The notes below the pieces were generated by a model. It was given only the letters and a program-made list of their open reading frames with translations. It searched no databases and was not told where the DNA came from. A stretch of 64,000 nucleotides of DNA from a virus. The translations under genes and the position numbers were made by a program. Position 1 is the stretch's first letter. The number at the start of each line of letters is the position of its first letter. The stretch is taken from IMG/VR virus record IMGVR_UViG_3300017735_000002; one strand, written 5' to 3'. Below, piece after piece: positions 54,293 through 63,502 of the stretch.

Positions 54293-56087
54293 CGAAGTAC
54301 TATATCATATTGATGAAGACTACAAACAATATTGTGATGCAATAGACTCCATATGTGAAGAACTTCTAGTTGAAGAAGACAAGAAGAAAGATGCATGGTT
54401 CTTCGACATGTCTACAGATAAACAACAAGACTATCTCAAGTCACATCCAGATTCAGACAAGGCAAAAGAACTCAAAAGAAAACTACAATCAATGCCCAAA
54501 AAGGGCGACCAAGGTGATACGAGACCGGCACCGGATAAAAAATCTCCGAAGGGGAATGTAGCGAAGACAAATCCCGACAAGGACGCCACACCTTCTGAGA
54601 AACCTAAGAACGATGTTGGTGGTTCATTACCAACTCAAGTTGCAGACTTAAAACAACACATTGGTGAATTAAAAGATGCAATAGGTTTAGATATCGCAAC
54701 GATTGGTAAGGCATTTAAAGAACCTTCAGTATACAATACAGTCAAGGCGATTGGTGGTTCAATAACTGCAACATCTAAGACCATAATGGGTTCACTTAGA
54801 ACTGTGGGTAAGACTCTTACAGTAGGGGGTGCCGCTATACATGACACTAAGGCATTCCAACAGTTAGAAAAGGGTCTAATTAAAACAGATGAGTTCATGC
54901 AGAAAAACAAAGTACTCGCAACTATGAGTGCTGTTGGTGTATCTAGTCTCGCAATTGCACAATGGTTAAGAATGTCATTCTCGGGTGATATAGAATCTGA
55001 TTTTGACTTGACTATTATACCTGCCGCCTTTGCAGGTAACGCTGGGTTCGCAGACTTGATTGCAACGCCAGATGGTATCAAAGGTATTGGTTTATTGAGT
55101 GCTGGTATGGCAACAGGTGGTCTACCTATATGGATGGGTGGTCCTGTTGGTCTTGCAATGGCATTAACATATTCAGGTTTAGTCAGTGCAGGTGATACAA
55201 AGAAAGGCGCTGAGATTAAAAAGAAAATGGTCGATTGGGCAGATAGTATGAGGTCATCAACTGGTGATGTACTGAGAAAAGTTGACAAGAAACTTGGTCT
55301 AACAACAGAGTCATTGATGAATCCATCGAACATAGATAAACTTCAATTCAATGTATTTGAGAAACTAAAGAAACCCAAATATCACAAAGTAGAGATATTT
55401 GAAGATGGTTGGTCAGAAATAGAAATGATGCCCCCACCTACAAATAGTTCTAAAACAACTAAGTCAGAATTAGAAACAGTCATCAAAGAGTCAAACAACG
55501 CAACAGATGACATCAAAAAGAAATACATCAATTGTGCCGATGACCCATGTTATTATATCAAAGAATACATGGAAGACTCAGACTTAGAGTTTGATGAAGA
55601 GTATATGGATTACATCGTAGACCAATGTACACCAGTAATCAGACACTTTAAAAATTCATTCAACAGACCTAGACCATATCAAGTTGCAGAAGCACTTAAT
55701 ATGAAACTTAACAAATGGAAAACAGGAACTGCAAACTCTCCTTCATATCCATCAGGTCATTCAATGCAACCATATCTGGTTGCAAACTTCTATGCAGAGA
55801 AATATCCAGAACATGAGGGTAATCTTAGAGATGCCGCTGATATATGTGCATATGGAAGAGTTCAAGCTGGGTTGCATTACCCAACAGATTATAACGCAGG
55901 TATACAACTTGCAGATGAAATGGCAAAGTATCTTAAAGATGACTTAAAAGAAGATGCGCCAGTGAACGCTACAGGTAGTGCTGTATCAACAGACACACCT
56001 TTAGTAAGAAGTAGAAACAAGTATCTCAAAAAGAACAAAGAAGATTCTAAGAAGATTTTCGGTCTTTTAAAAAGATACTCTAAGTAA
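54282..56087 (+). CDS. mosaic protein: Gly/Ala-rich hydrophobic domain + PAP2/haloperoxidase-family phosphatase
   Basis: KNSFNRPRP, PSYPSGHS, GRVQAGLHYPTD PAP2 motifs; hydrophobic GLLSAGMATGGLPIWMGGPVGLAMAL. Confidence 0.82.
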   Translation: MYINEVLYHIDEDYKQYCDAIDSICEELLVEEDKKKDAWFFDMSTDKQQDYLKSHPDSDKAKELKRKLQSMPKKGDQGDTRPAPDKKSPKGNVAKTNPDKDATPSEKPKNDVGGSLPTQVADLKQHIGELKDAIGLDIATIGKAFKEPSVYNTVKAIGGSITATSKTIMGSLRTVGKTLTVGGAAIHDTKAFQQLEKGLIKTDEFMQKNKVLATMSAVGVSSLAIAQWLRMSFSGDIESDFDLTIIPAAFAGNAGFADLIATPDGIKGIGLLSAGMATGGLPIWMGGPVGLAMALTYSGLVSAGDTKKGAEIKKKMVDWADSMRSSTGDVLRKVDKKLGLTTESLMNPSNIDKLQFNVFEKLKKPKYHKVEIFEDGWSEIEMMPPPTNSSKTTKSELETVIKESNNATDDIKKKYINCADDPCYYIKEYMEDSDLEFDEEYMDYIVDQCTPVIRHFKNSFNRPRPYQVAEALNMKLNKWKTGTANSPSYPSGHSMQPYLVANFYAEKYPEHEGNLRDAADICAYGRVQAGLHYPTDYNAGIQLADEMAKYLKDDLKEDAPVNATGSAVSTDTPLVRSRNKYLKKNKEDSKKIFGLLKRYSK

Positions 56088-56090
56088 ATT

Positions 56091-56909
56091 ATGGAAAAAT
56101 TCTTAAACTATTTGGCTCTAGGTACCTCTCTTGTAATTGCAGGTATCGCCGCCTATTTCTCAGTTCTTGGTCTTGCAACTATATTTGCAGGTGCATGGTT
56201 ATCAGTTGTCATTATGACTGGTGTATTAGAGTTTGGTAAAATAGTCACTGCCGCCTATCTACATCTATTTTGGGAAAGACTCAATTACATGAAGTATTAT
56301 CTAACCCTATCAGTTTTCATATTGATGTTAATTACATCATTGGGTATCTTTGGGTTCTTATCAAAGGCGAACATAGACCAGACACTTAAGGGTGATTCGT
56401 TTTCACTTGAGATGTCAATCATAGAGAAGAGAATAGAGGGTGAAGAGGGTAAACTAGAGAGACTAGAAACACGACTAGAGGGATTAGATTTAGTTATTAG
56501 TACTGCAAGACCCCAAGATAGAAACTACATTGACCGTAGACAAAAAGAAGAAAGGGACTTGATTGCACAAGATATGGATGTTATAATTGAACAAGTAGTC
56601 AAGTACAATGAAGAATTGATGCCTCTCAAAAGAGAACAACTCATGCAAGAGGGTGAGATTGGTCCGATTAAGTATGTTGCAGAAGTGATATATGGCCAGG
56701 AAGAGAGTGTCAAGTACCTTGACAACGCTGTTAGGTGGGTGATTTTTGCACTCATCTTTGTGTTTGACCCACTTGCGATTTTACTATTGATAACATCAAC
56801 AAGTCTTATTGCAAGAAAGATTGAGAAAGATAAACCAAAGGTAGTTGAGAACAGATATGTCATTCAAGTACCCAAAAAGAAAGTTCCCAAAATCAATAAA
56901 ACCGACTAG
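56091..56909 (+). CDS. multi-pass membrane protein with coiled coil
   Basis: Three N-terminal TM helices, heptad region, C-terminal TM VIFALIFVFDPLAILLLI. Confidence 0.8.
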   Translation: MEKFLNYLALGTSLVIAGIAAYFSVLGLATIFAGAWLSVVIMTGVLEFGKIVTAAYLHLFWERLNYMKYYLTLSVFILMLITSLGIFGFLSKANIDQTLKGDSFSLEMSIIEKRIEGEEGKLERLETRLEGLDLVISTARPQDRNYIDRRQKEERDLIAQDMDVIIEQVVKYNEELMPLKREQLMQEGEIGPIKYVAEVIYGQEESVKYLDNAVRWVIFALIFVFDPLAILLLITSTSLIARKIEKDKPKVVENRYVIQVPKKKVPKINKTD

Positions 56910-56943
56910 TATTTTGACCATAATTACTGTATAATAAGTAGTA

Positions 56944-57978
56944 ATGTTATGGTTAGAGCGAAAATACTTGTCGATGGTCATGGTCTACTTAGACCGTGCC
57001 AAATGGACAAACGAGAATACGATGAATCACAGGTGCAATTACTGTGGTGATTCGCAAAAGAATGTATATAAGGCACGAGGGTTTCACTTCGTCAAAGAAC
57101 AATCATTCATCTTCAAATGCCATAACTGTGGTAAGTCAACATCTTCGATAAACTTTATCAAAGACCATTGGCCATCAGTTCACAAAGAATATCTGAAAGA
57201 ATTTCTATCAGAAAAAGGTATGAAACCTAAAAGAAAAATGCCATCGGCGAACGCTTTTAAGTTCACCCCACGAACAGATAATCTAAATAAAACTGTGGTT
57301 GAAAAAGAAAACAGTCTCAAGGCAATCGCCTTTCCTGTTCTCGAAAAGGCAATCGCAAAGAACTATCTCTTAGATAGAAAAATACCAGAATCTTCAATGA
57401 CTGATTTATGGTTCGTATCATCGGCACAAACTCTTAGTATGTTGTCAGATAAGTATAGAGATAGAGTATTGGGTAAAGACCCAAGAATAATATTGCCATT
57501 CTATGACGAGAGTGGTGAATTGATTGGTGTATCAGGTCGTGCTATTAACGACTCACCATTGAGATACATGACCATGAGATTCAGAGATGATGTGCCGCTC
57601 ATCTTCAATCTTAATAAAGTGGACAAGACTAAGACAATCTATGTCACAGAGGGACCCATAGATAGTCTATTCCTACCGAATAGTATCGCAGTAGCGGGTA
57701 GTGATTTTAAAAAGATACAAGATGATATAAAAGATAACGCAATACTAATATATGATAACGAACCAAGAAACGCCGAGATAATCAAAAAGATAGAAGAGGT
57801 CATTGACCTCGGGTACAAGGTGTGTATCTGGAACGATAGAAGAATAGAAGATTGCAAAGACATAAATGATATGATTATTAAAGGTTTGAGTGAAAGTGAG
57901 ATTATCGAAATCATCAATCGTAATACAGTTTACGGTCTCTCAGCAAAATTACAATTGATGGAGTATAAGAAAATATGA
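56944..57978 (+). CDS. gp61: DNA primase gp61
   Basis: Zn finger RCNYCGDS..CHNCG; RIILPF; TOPRIM VTEGPIDS, YDNEPRN. Confidence 0.95.
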   Translation: MLWLERKYLSMVMVYLDRAKWTNENTMNHRCNYCGDSQKNVYKARGFHFVKEQSFIFKCHNCGKSTSSINFIKDHWPSVHKEYLKEFLSEKGMKPKRKMPSANAFKFTPRTDNLNKTVVEKENSLKAIAFPVLEKAIAKNYLLDRKIPESSMTDLWFVSSAQTLSMLSDKYRDRVLGKDPRIILPFYDESGELIGVSGRAINDSPLRYMTMRFRDDVPLIFNLNKVDKTKTIYVTEGPIDSLFLPNSIAVAGSDFKKIQDDIKDNAILIYDNEPRNAEIIKKIEEVIDLGYKVCIWNDRRIEDCKDINDMIIKGLSESEIIEIINRNTVYGLSAKLQLMEYKKI

Positions 57979-60266
57979 ACGCAGAAATAAATGTTATAAA
58001 GAGTGACGGCACAAAATCAATTATCGATTTAGATAAGATACATGTAATGGTAGAGAAGTCTTGCAGAGGCATCAATGGTGTTTCTGAATCTTCAGTAGAG
58101 ATGAATAGTGGTCTACAATTCTTTGATGGTATCACCACAAAAGAGATTCAAAAGATTCTAGTGAAGAGTGCAAGTGATTTGATATCACTAGAGAATCCTA
58201 ACTACCAATTCGTTGCTGCCAGACTGTTATTGTTTGGTATTCAGAAACAAGTATTCAATACCAAGTGGAAAGACTCAGAGATTTATCCACCCCTACAAGA
58301 CTTGATTGAGAGAAACATAGACAAAGGTCTATACACGAAAGACCTAGTAGAGAAATACTCAGACAAAGAACTAAAGAAACTCAATTCATATCTAAGACAT
58401 AGTAGAGACTTTGACTTTACATATGCAGGTCTACAACAAGTCGTAGATAAGTATTTGGTTCAAGATAGGTCAACAGGTACACTATTTGAAACGCCTCAGT
58501 TCATGTACATGTTGATTGCAATGACATTGTTTCAAGACTATGAATCAGACGATAGATTACTATATGTTCGTAGATACTATGATGCAGTGAGTATGTTTAA
58601 GATTAATATACCAACGCCAGTCATGGCAGGTGTTAGAACACCATTGAAACAGTTTGCATCATGTGTTCTGGTCGATACAGATGATTCACTAGACTCATTA
58701 TTTGCATCTGATATGGCGATTGGTCGATATGTTGCACAAAGGGCAGGTATTGGTATCAATGCAGGTCGTATCAGAGGTTTAGGTGCAAAGATAAGAGGGG
58801 GTGAAGTACAACATACTGGTGTCATTCCATTCTTAAAGAAATTCGAATCAACAGTAAGATGTTGTACTCAGAATGGTGTAAGAGGGGGTTCTGCTACAGT
58901 TCATTTCCCTATCTGGCACCAAGAGATAGAAGACATTATAGTCTTAAAGAACAACAAGGGTACAGAAGACAACAGAGTTAGAAAACTAGATTACAGTATT
59001 CAGTTATCAGAATTGTTCTATCAGAGATTCTTAAAGAACGAAGACATTACTCTATTCTCACCACATGAAGTACCTGGTTTATATGATGCATTTGGTACGC
59101 CAGAGTTTGATGAACTCTATGAGAAGTATGAGAGAGCGACTTCAGTACCTAAAAGAAAAGTTAGTGCAAGAGAATTGATTACAGATTTATTAAAAGAAAG
59201 AGCGGAGACTGGCAGAATCTATATTATGAACATTGACCATTGTAATACTCATAGTTCATTTACTGATAAAGTAAACATGAGTAATCTATGTCAAGAGATA
59301 ACATTGCCAACAGACCCAATAGACCACATTGATGACCATGGGGGTGAGATTGCACTTTGTATATTGAGTGCTGTCAATGTGGGTGTAGTTAAAGATGATG
59401 AACTACAAGACATATGTGAACTTGCAGTGAGGGGTTTAGAAGAACTGATTGATTATCAAGAGTATCCTGTAAAGGCGGCAGAGATGTCGACACTCGCAAG
59501 AAGAAGTCTTGGTATAGGGTATATTGGTCTTGCACATTATCTTGCAAAACATAGAGTCAAGTATTCGGATCCAGAGGCATGGCAACTAGTTCATGACTTG
59601 ACTGAGAGATTTCAATACTACTTACTAAGGGCATCAAATCAACTTGCAAAAGAAAAGGGTAAATGTGACTACTTCGACAGAACTAAGTATGCACAAGGTT
59701 TATTACCAATTGACACATACAAAAAAGATGTTGACTCAATTGTGAAACCAGTATATACTAGAGATTGGGAATATTTAAGGGCAGAGATATTGACTCATGG
59801 TTTAAGACACTCAACACTTACAGCACAAATGCCAAGTGAATCGTCTTCAGTTGTATGTAATGCAACTAATGGTATTGAACCACCTAGAGACCATCTCTCA
59901 GTTAAGAAGAGTAAGAAAGGTACATTGAAACAGATAGTGCCTCAGTATTCTACTCTTAAGAGTGCATACACATTGCTATGGGATATGCCAGACAACACTG
60001 GTTATATCAATGTAGTTGCAGTGATGCAGAAGTTCTTTGACCAAGGTATTAGTGGTAACTGGTCATATAATCCAGAACAATACCCTAACAATGAAGTACC
60101 TGTGTCAGTAATGGCGAAAGACTTATTGAACACCTATAAATATGGATGGAAGACTTCTTACTACCAGAATACTATGGATGGTAAAGTCGAAGATGTTGTA
60201 CAAGATGAACTTGCACCATCACAAATTGAAGAAGGAGATGAAGACTGCGATGCCTGTGCCATTTGA
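57975..60266 (+). CDS. nrdA: class Ia ribonucleotide reductase alpha subunit with ATP cone
   Basis: PTPVMAG, ASCVL, SNLCQEI, QMPSESSS, KTSYY, C-terminal CDAC. Confidence 0.97.
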   Translation: MNAEINVIKSDGTKSIIDLDKIHVMVEKSCRGINGVSESSVEMNSGLQFFDGITTKEIQKILVKSASDLISLENPNYQFVAARLLLFGIQKQVFNTKWKDSEIYPPLQDLIERNIDKGLYTKDLVEKYSDKELKKLNSYLRHSRDFDFTYAGLQQVVDKYLVQDRSTGTLFETPQFMYMLIAMTLFQDYESDDRLLYVRRYYDAVSMFKINIPTPVMAGVRTPLKQFASCVLVDTDDSLDSLFASDMAIGRYVAQRAGIGINAGRIRGLGAKIRGGEVQHTGVIPFLKKFESTVRCCTQNGVRGGSATVHFPIWHQEIEDIIVLKNNKGTEDNRVRKLDYSIQLSELFYQRFLKNEDITLFSPHEVPGLYDAFGTPEFDELYEKYERATSVPKRKVSARELITDLLKERAETGRIYIMNIDHCNTHSSFTDKVNMSNLCQEITLPTDPIDHIDDHGGEIALCILSAVNVGVVKDDELQDICELAVRGLEELIDYQEYPVKAAEMSTLARRSLGIGYIGLAHYLAKHRVKYSDPEAWQLVHDLTERFQYYLLRASNQLAKEKGKCDYFDRTKYAQGLLPIDTYKKDVDSIVKPVYTRDWEYLRAEILTHGLRHSTLTAQMPSESSSVVCNATNGIEPPRDHLSVKKSKKGTLKQIVPQYSTLKSAYTLLWDMPDNTGYINVVAVMQKFFDQGISGNWSYNPEQYPNNEVPVSVMAKDLLNTYKYGWKTSYYQNTMDGKVEDVVQDELAPSQIEEGDEDCDACAI

Positions 60267-61185
60267 TGAAAAAACTATAGAATATAAGTGTGTAGACGAG
60301 AATATCGCTAAGTGGAAAGACCAACAATCTGCTACACTTAGGGGTAAAACAAACCCAATGACATGGCAGTTTATGAAGAACAAATATGTTGTTGTCAGAG
60401 ACTTCTTACCACAACACATGATTACCTTTGCGATGGATGTGTGGAAATCAGCAGAATACACCGATACTGCAACCACATTAGAAACACATGACATTACATA
60501 TAAGAACCCCCAATCATCTAGGGGAACGAGTTCTGGAAAGTATTGTTCGCCATGGGGTAATGCATTGTCTCATTACATACATGAGAAACTAAAAGACTGT
60601 TTTGACATGACTTTAGAAGAGACATATTCATTCACCAGAAAGTATGTTAGAGGTGCCTATCTTGGTTCACATACTGATAGACCTTCATGTGAGGTCAGTG
60701 CAACATTGTGTTTAGATTACAAAACAGACGACAACACACCATGGACAATATGGTTGAGAAATGATAAGAACTATGCAGGTGTAGATGCAGAACAAGTTAA
60801 GAATGAATCACAAGATTTTAATCATAGAGACAGACTAAAGAATAATTGTATTGCAGTTGACTTAGAACCTGGTGATATATTATTGTATCAAGGTCCTAAC
60901 ATACCACATTGGAGAGATGAATTCTTAGGTGATTACAGTTATCATATATTTTCGCATTTTGTGAATTCAAATTCTATGATGCAACATATACCAGACTTTC
61001 ATCATGGCGATGAAAGACGCCCTAAGACATCATTAAACCTAGATGGTAGAGAACATAGATGGTCAAATGACAATGACACATATGGTGAACAATCAAAAAT
61101 CTTTAATGATAAATACTATGCCACAGATTATGGGCAATTCGTAAATTACTATGATGATTTAGAAGAAATAGAGAGTAAGAGATAA
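60250..61185 (+). CDS. 2OG-Fe(II) oxygenase
   Basis: LGSHTDRPSCEVSATLCL, LEPGDILLYQG..PHWR; start moved to 60250. Confidence 0.82.
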   Translation: MPVPFDEKTIEYKCVDENIAKWKDQQSATLRGKTNPMTWQFMKNKYVVVRDFLPQHMITFAMDVWKSAEYTDTATTLETHDITYKNPQSSRGTSSGKYCSPWGNALSHYIHEKLKDCFDMTLEETYSFTRKYVRGAYLGSHTDRPSCEVSATLCLDYKTDDNTPWTIWLRNDKNYAGVDAEQVKNESQDFNHRDRLKNNCIAVDLEPGDILLYQGPNIPHWRDEFLGDYSYHIFSHFVNSNSMMQHIPDFHHGDERRPKTSLNLDGREHRWSNDNDTYGEQSKIFNDKYYATDYGQFVNYYDDLEEIESKR

Positions 61186-62282
61186 TGACAGTTTTTAATA
61201 AGAAAAATATTGACTTCACAAAGAACAAGATATTCTTTGGCGAAGAATTAAACACACAAAGATTCGATGAGTTCAAGTATCCGATATTTGATAAACTCAC
61301 TCAGACACAATTAGGATTCTTTTGGAGACCAGAAGAAGTATCACTACAGAAAGATAGAAGTGATTACCAACAACTAACAGATGCACAAAAACATATATTC
61401 ACATCTAACTTAAGATATCAAACTTTACTTGACTCAGTTCAAGGCAGAGCGCCATCCATAGCATTTTTACCGTTTGTCACTCTACCTGAACTTGAGTCGT
61501 GTATTATCACATGGGACTTCATGGAGACTATTCATAGTAGAAGTTATACTCACATTATAAAGAACATCTATAGTGACCCTAGTGATATATTCGATACGAT
61601 TATAGATGAACCTGCAATCGTTAAGAGGGCAGAGATGGTGACAGAGAAGTATGACCACTTCATTGAACTTGGTCGTAGAAGATTGTTAGGTCTAAAAGTA
61701 GATGACTATGACCTGTATAAGGCATTGTATCTTGCATTGATATCAGTCAACATACTAGAGGGTGTAAGATTCTTTGTATCATTCGCCTGTAGTTTTGCAT
61801 TTGGTGAACTCAAACTCATGGAAGGCAGTGCGAAGATTATCTCATTCATTTCCAGAGATGAAGCACAACACCTTGCAATCACTCAACACATACTTAAATG
61901 TTATAAGAATCAAGAAAACGACTCACTCATGCATAAAGTTATGAAAGATTGTGAATCAGAAGTGTACTCAATGTATGAAGATGCAGTCGCCCAAGAGAAA
62001 GAATGGGCAGAGTTCTTGTTCAGAGAGGGTTCTATGATTGGTTTATCAATACCATTACTTGGTAATTACATAGAATACATTTGTAATAAGAGACTTAGGG
62101 CGATTGGTTTAGACCCAATATTCAATGTCTCTTCAACTAACAACCCTTTACCATGGACACAACATTGGTTTAACAGTAGAGGATTACAAAACGCACCCCA
62201 AGAGACAGAGATTGAATCTTATGTCATTGGTGGTATTAAACAAGATGTCGATGATAACACATTTGACAATTTTACATTATGA
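61185..62282 (+). CDS. nrdB: class Ia ribonucleotide reductase beta subunit
   Basis: FFWRPEE, LLDSVQG, ETIHSRSY, LEGVRF, RDEAQH, APQETE. Confidence 0.97.
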   Translation: MTVFNKKNIDFTKNKIFFGEELNTQRFDEFKYPIFDKLTQTQLGFFWRPEEVSLQKDRSDYQQLTDAQKHIFTSNLRYQTLLDSVQGRAPSIAFLPFVTLPELESCIITWDFMETIHSRSYTHIIKNIYSDPSDIFDTIIDEPAIVKRAEMVTEKYDHFIELGRRRLLGLKVDDYDLYKALYLALISVNILEGVRFFVSFACSFAFGELKLMEGSAKIISFISRDEAQHLAITQHILKCYKNQENDSLMHKVMKDCESEVYSMYEDAVAQEKEWAEFLFREGSMIGLSIPLLGNYIEYICNKRLRAIGLDPIFNVSSTNNPLPWTQHWFNSRGLQNAPQETEIESYVIGGIKQDVDDNTFDNFTL

Positions 62283-62722
62283 GAGAATTAGGAATGACAT
62301 TAATCGGTTGTTTAGTAATAGCAACCTTCTTTACACTTAAAGTATACCCAAACTTAGAATATACAGGATACTCATCAAACACTTCATGCACTGGTCAGTG
62401 TTATGTTGACTATGTTGCATTGAACGGTACAAGTGTAGACATATTAAGGGCGAAACAAGAACTTGCAAATGCAGATGAGTTTAGTTCAATCAGAAGTTTA
62501 TGGTCAGGTTGTGCCGCCTGTCATGGTGCAGAAGGTCAAGGTATGGCAGTCTTCCCAGCACTTGCAGGTCAAAGTAGTGATTACATTACTCAAAGACTAT
62601 ATGCATATAAGAATAGAGAAACAGTAGGTGCAATGTCATCTACCATGTGGGCACAGGCAGGTATGTTATCTGATGCAGATATACAAACTATAGGTAAATT
62701 TATACAACAGGAGTTGAAATGA
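62279..62722 (+). CDS. membrane-anchored monoheme c-type cytochrome (c4/c553-like)
   Basis: N-terminal TM; CAACHG heme motif; FPALAGQ; distal Met (AMSSTM..QA..LSDADI). Confidence 0.88.
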   Translation: MRELGMTLIGCLVIATFFTLKVYPNLEYTGYSSNTSCTGQCYVDYVALNGTSVDILRAKQELANADEFSSIRSLWSGCAACHGAEGQGMAVFPALAGQSSDYITQRLYAYKNRETVGAMSSTMWAQAGMLSDADIQTIGKFIQQELK

Positions 62723-62943
62723 TAGAAATATATGGAAAAACACAATGCCCATATTGTGATATGGCGAAAAAATTATGTGAACAACAAGGGTATGACTTTG
62801 TATACAAATCACTAGGTACAGATTTTGACAGAGAAGAGATGATGAATACATTTCCAACTGCAAGAACATTTCCTCAGATTAAAGTGAACGAAGAATCTAT
62901 TGGTGGGTATACAGAACTACTTGAGTGGCATAACAACAAATGA
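62719..62943 (+). CDS. grx: glutaredoxin
   Basis: CPYC, ARTFPQI, IGGYTEL. Confidence 0.93.
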   Translation: MIEIYGKTQCPYCDMAKKLCEQQGYDFVYKSLGTDFDREEMMNTFPTARTFPQIKVNEESIGGYTELLEWHNNK

Positions 62944-63194
62944 GAATTGTACACCTTTATCTACAGAGAGAACGAGATTGGGATGCAATGGATTTGAGAT
63001 TGAAACATATCTGTAATTCATTGAACCGAGAAGAGTTCGAGGTGAGGGTGTATGTATTGGGGTTAGACTTCTATAAGACTGATAAGACTTTACCCCATAT
63101 AGAACTAGATGGTAAGAAAAAGTCAATAGATAACTTTTGGAATGAAACAATAGGCGAAAGAAAACTAGATAATGGAGATTTACTGCAAGAATAA
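62940..63194 (+). CDS. hypothetical protein, possible degenerate thioredoxin fold
   Basis: TLPHIELDG resembles glutaredoxin TxPQI; no CxxC. Confidence 0.6.
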   Translation: MRIVHLYLQRERDWDAMDLRLKHICNSLNREEFEVRVYVLGLDFYKTDKTLPHIELDGKKKSIDNFWNETIGERKLDNGDLLQE

Positions 63195-63495
63195 TCTATT
63201 GTTAGACAAGGCAGTAGAGTATGCGAATACGCTGGGTATCAGTGAGATGCCTGCGATTATCAATATAAAACGATTACCACCATCATTCACGCAACAAGGG
63301 TTAATCGAACACCCACGAGAACTAGACAATCACATCTACATAAACATATTTGTTAAACTCAACAAAGAGAGATACATCACACTCGCACACGAAATGGTGC
63401 ATGTCCGACAGGTACTAAAGGGTGAAGAAATAGACGAAAACGAGGCGTATTTACTTGAGAAAACCCTTGACAATGACCATCGAAAACGGTTATAA
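63172..63495 (+). CDS. small HExxH metallopeptidase-like protein
   Basis: TLAHEMVHVRQ..E. Confidence 0.7.
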   Translation: MEIYCKNNLLLDKAVEYANTLGISEMPAIINIKRLPPSFTQQGLIEHPRELDNHIYINIFVKLNKERYITLAHEMVHVRQVLKGEEIDENEAYLLEKTLDNDHRKRL

Positions 63496-63496
63496 T
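63467..63496 (+). promoter_or_regulatory. repeated early promoter cassette, copy 7 (partial)
   Basis: TTGACA atgacc..18 bp.. TATAAT, ATG 6 nt later. Confidence 0.7.
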
Positions 63497-63502
63497 CCTA
63501 CC

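Noticed and set aside
54635-55333. 232-aa minus-strand ORF
   Set aside because: Lies opposite a Gly/Ala-rich coding region, has no RBS or family motif I can recognise; typical antisense shadow
30984-62282. Inteins or group I introns in gp43, gp41, uvsX, nrdA, nrdB
   Set aside because: All have normal length and contiguous motifs
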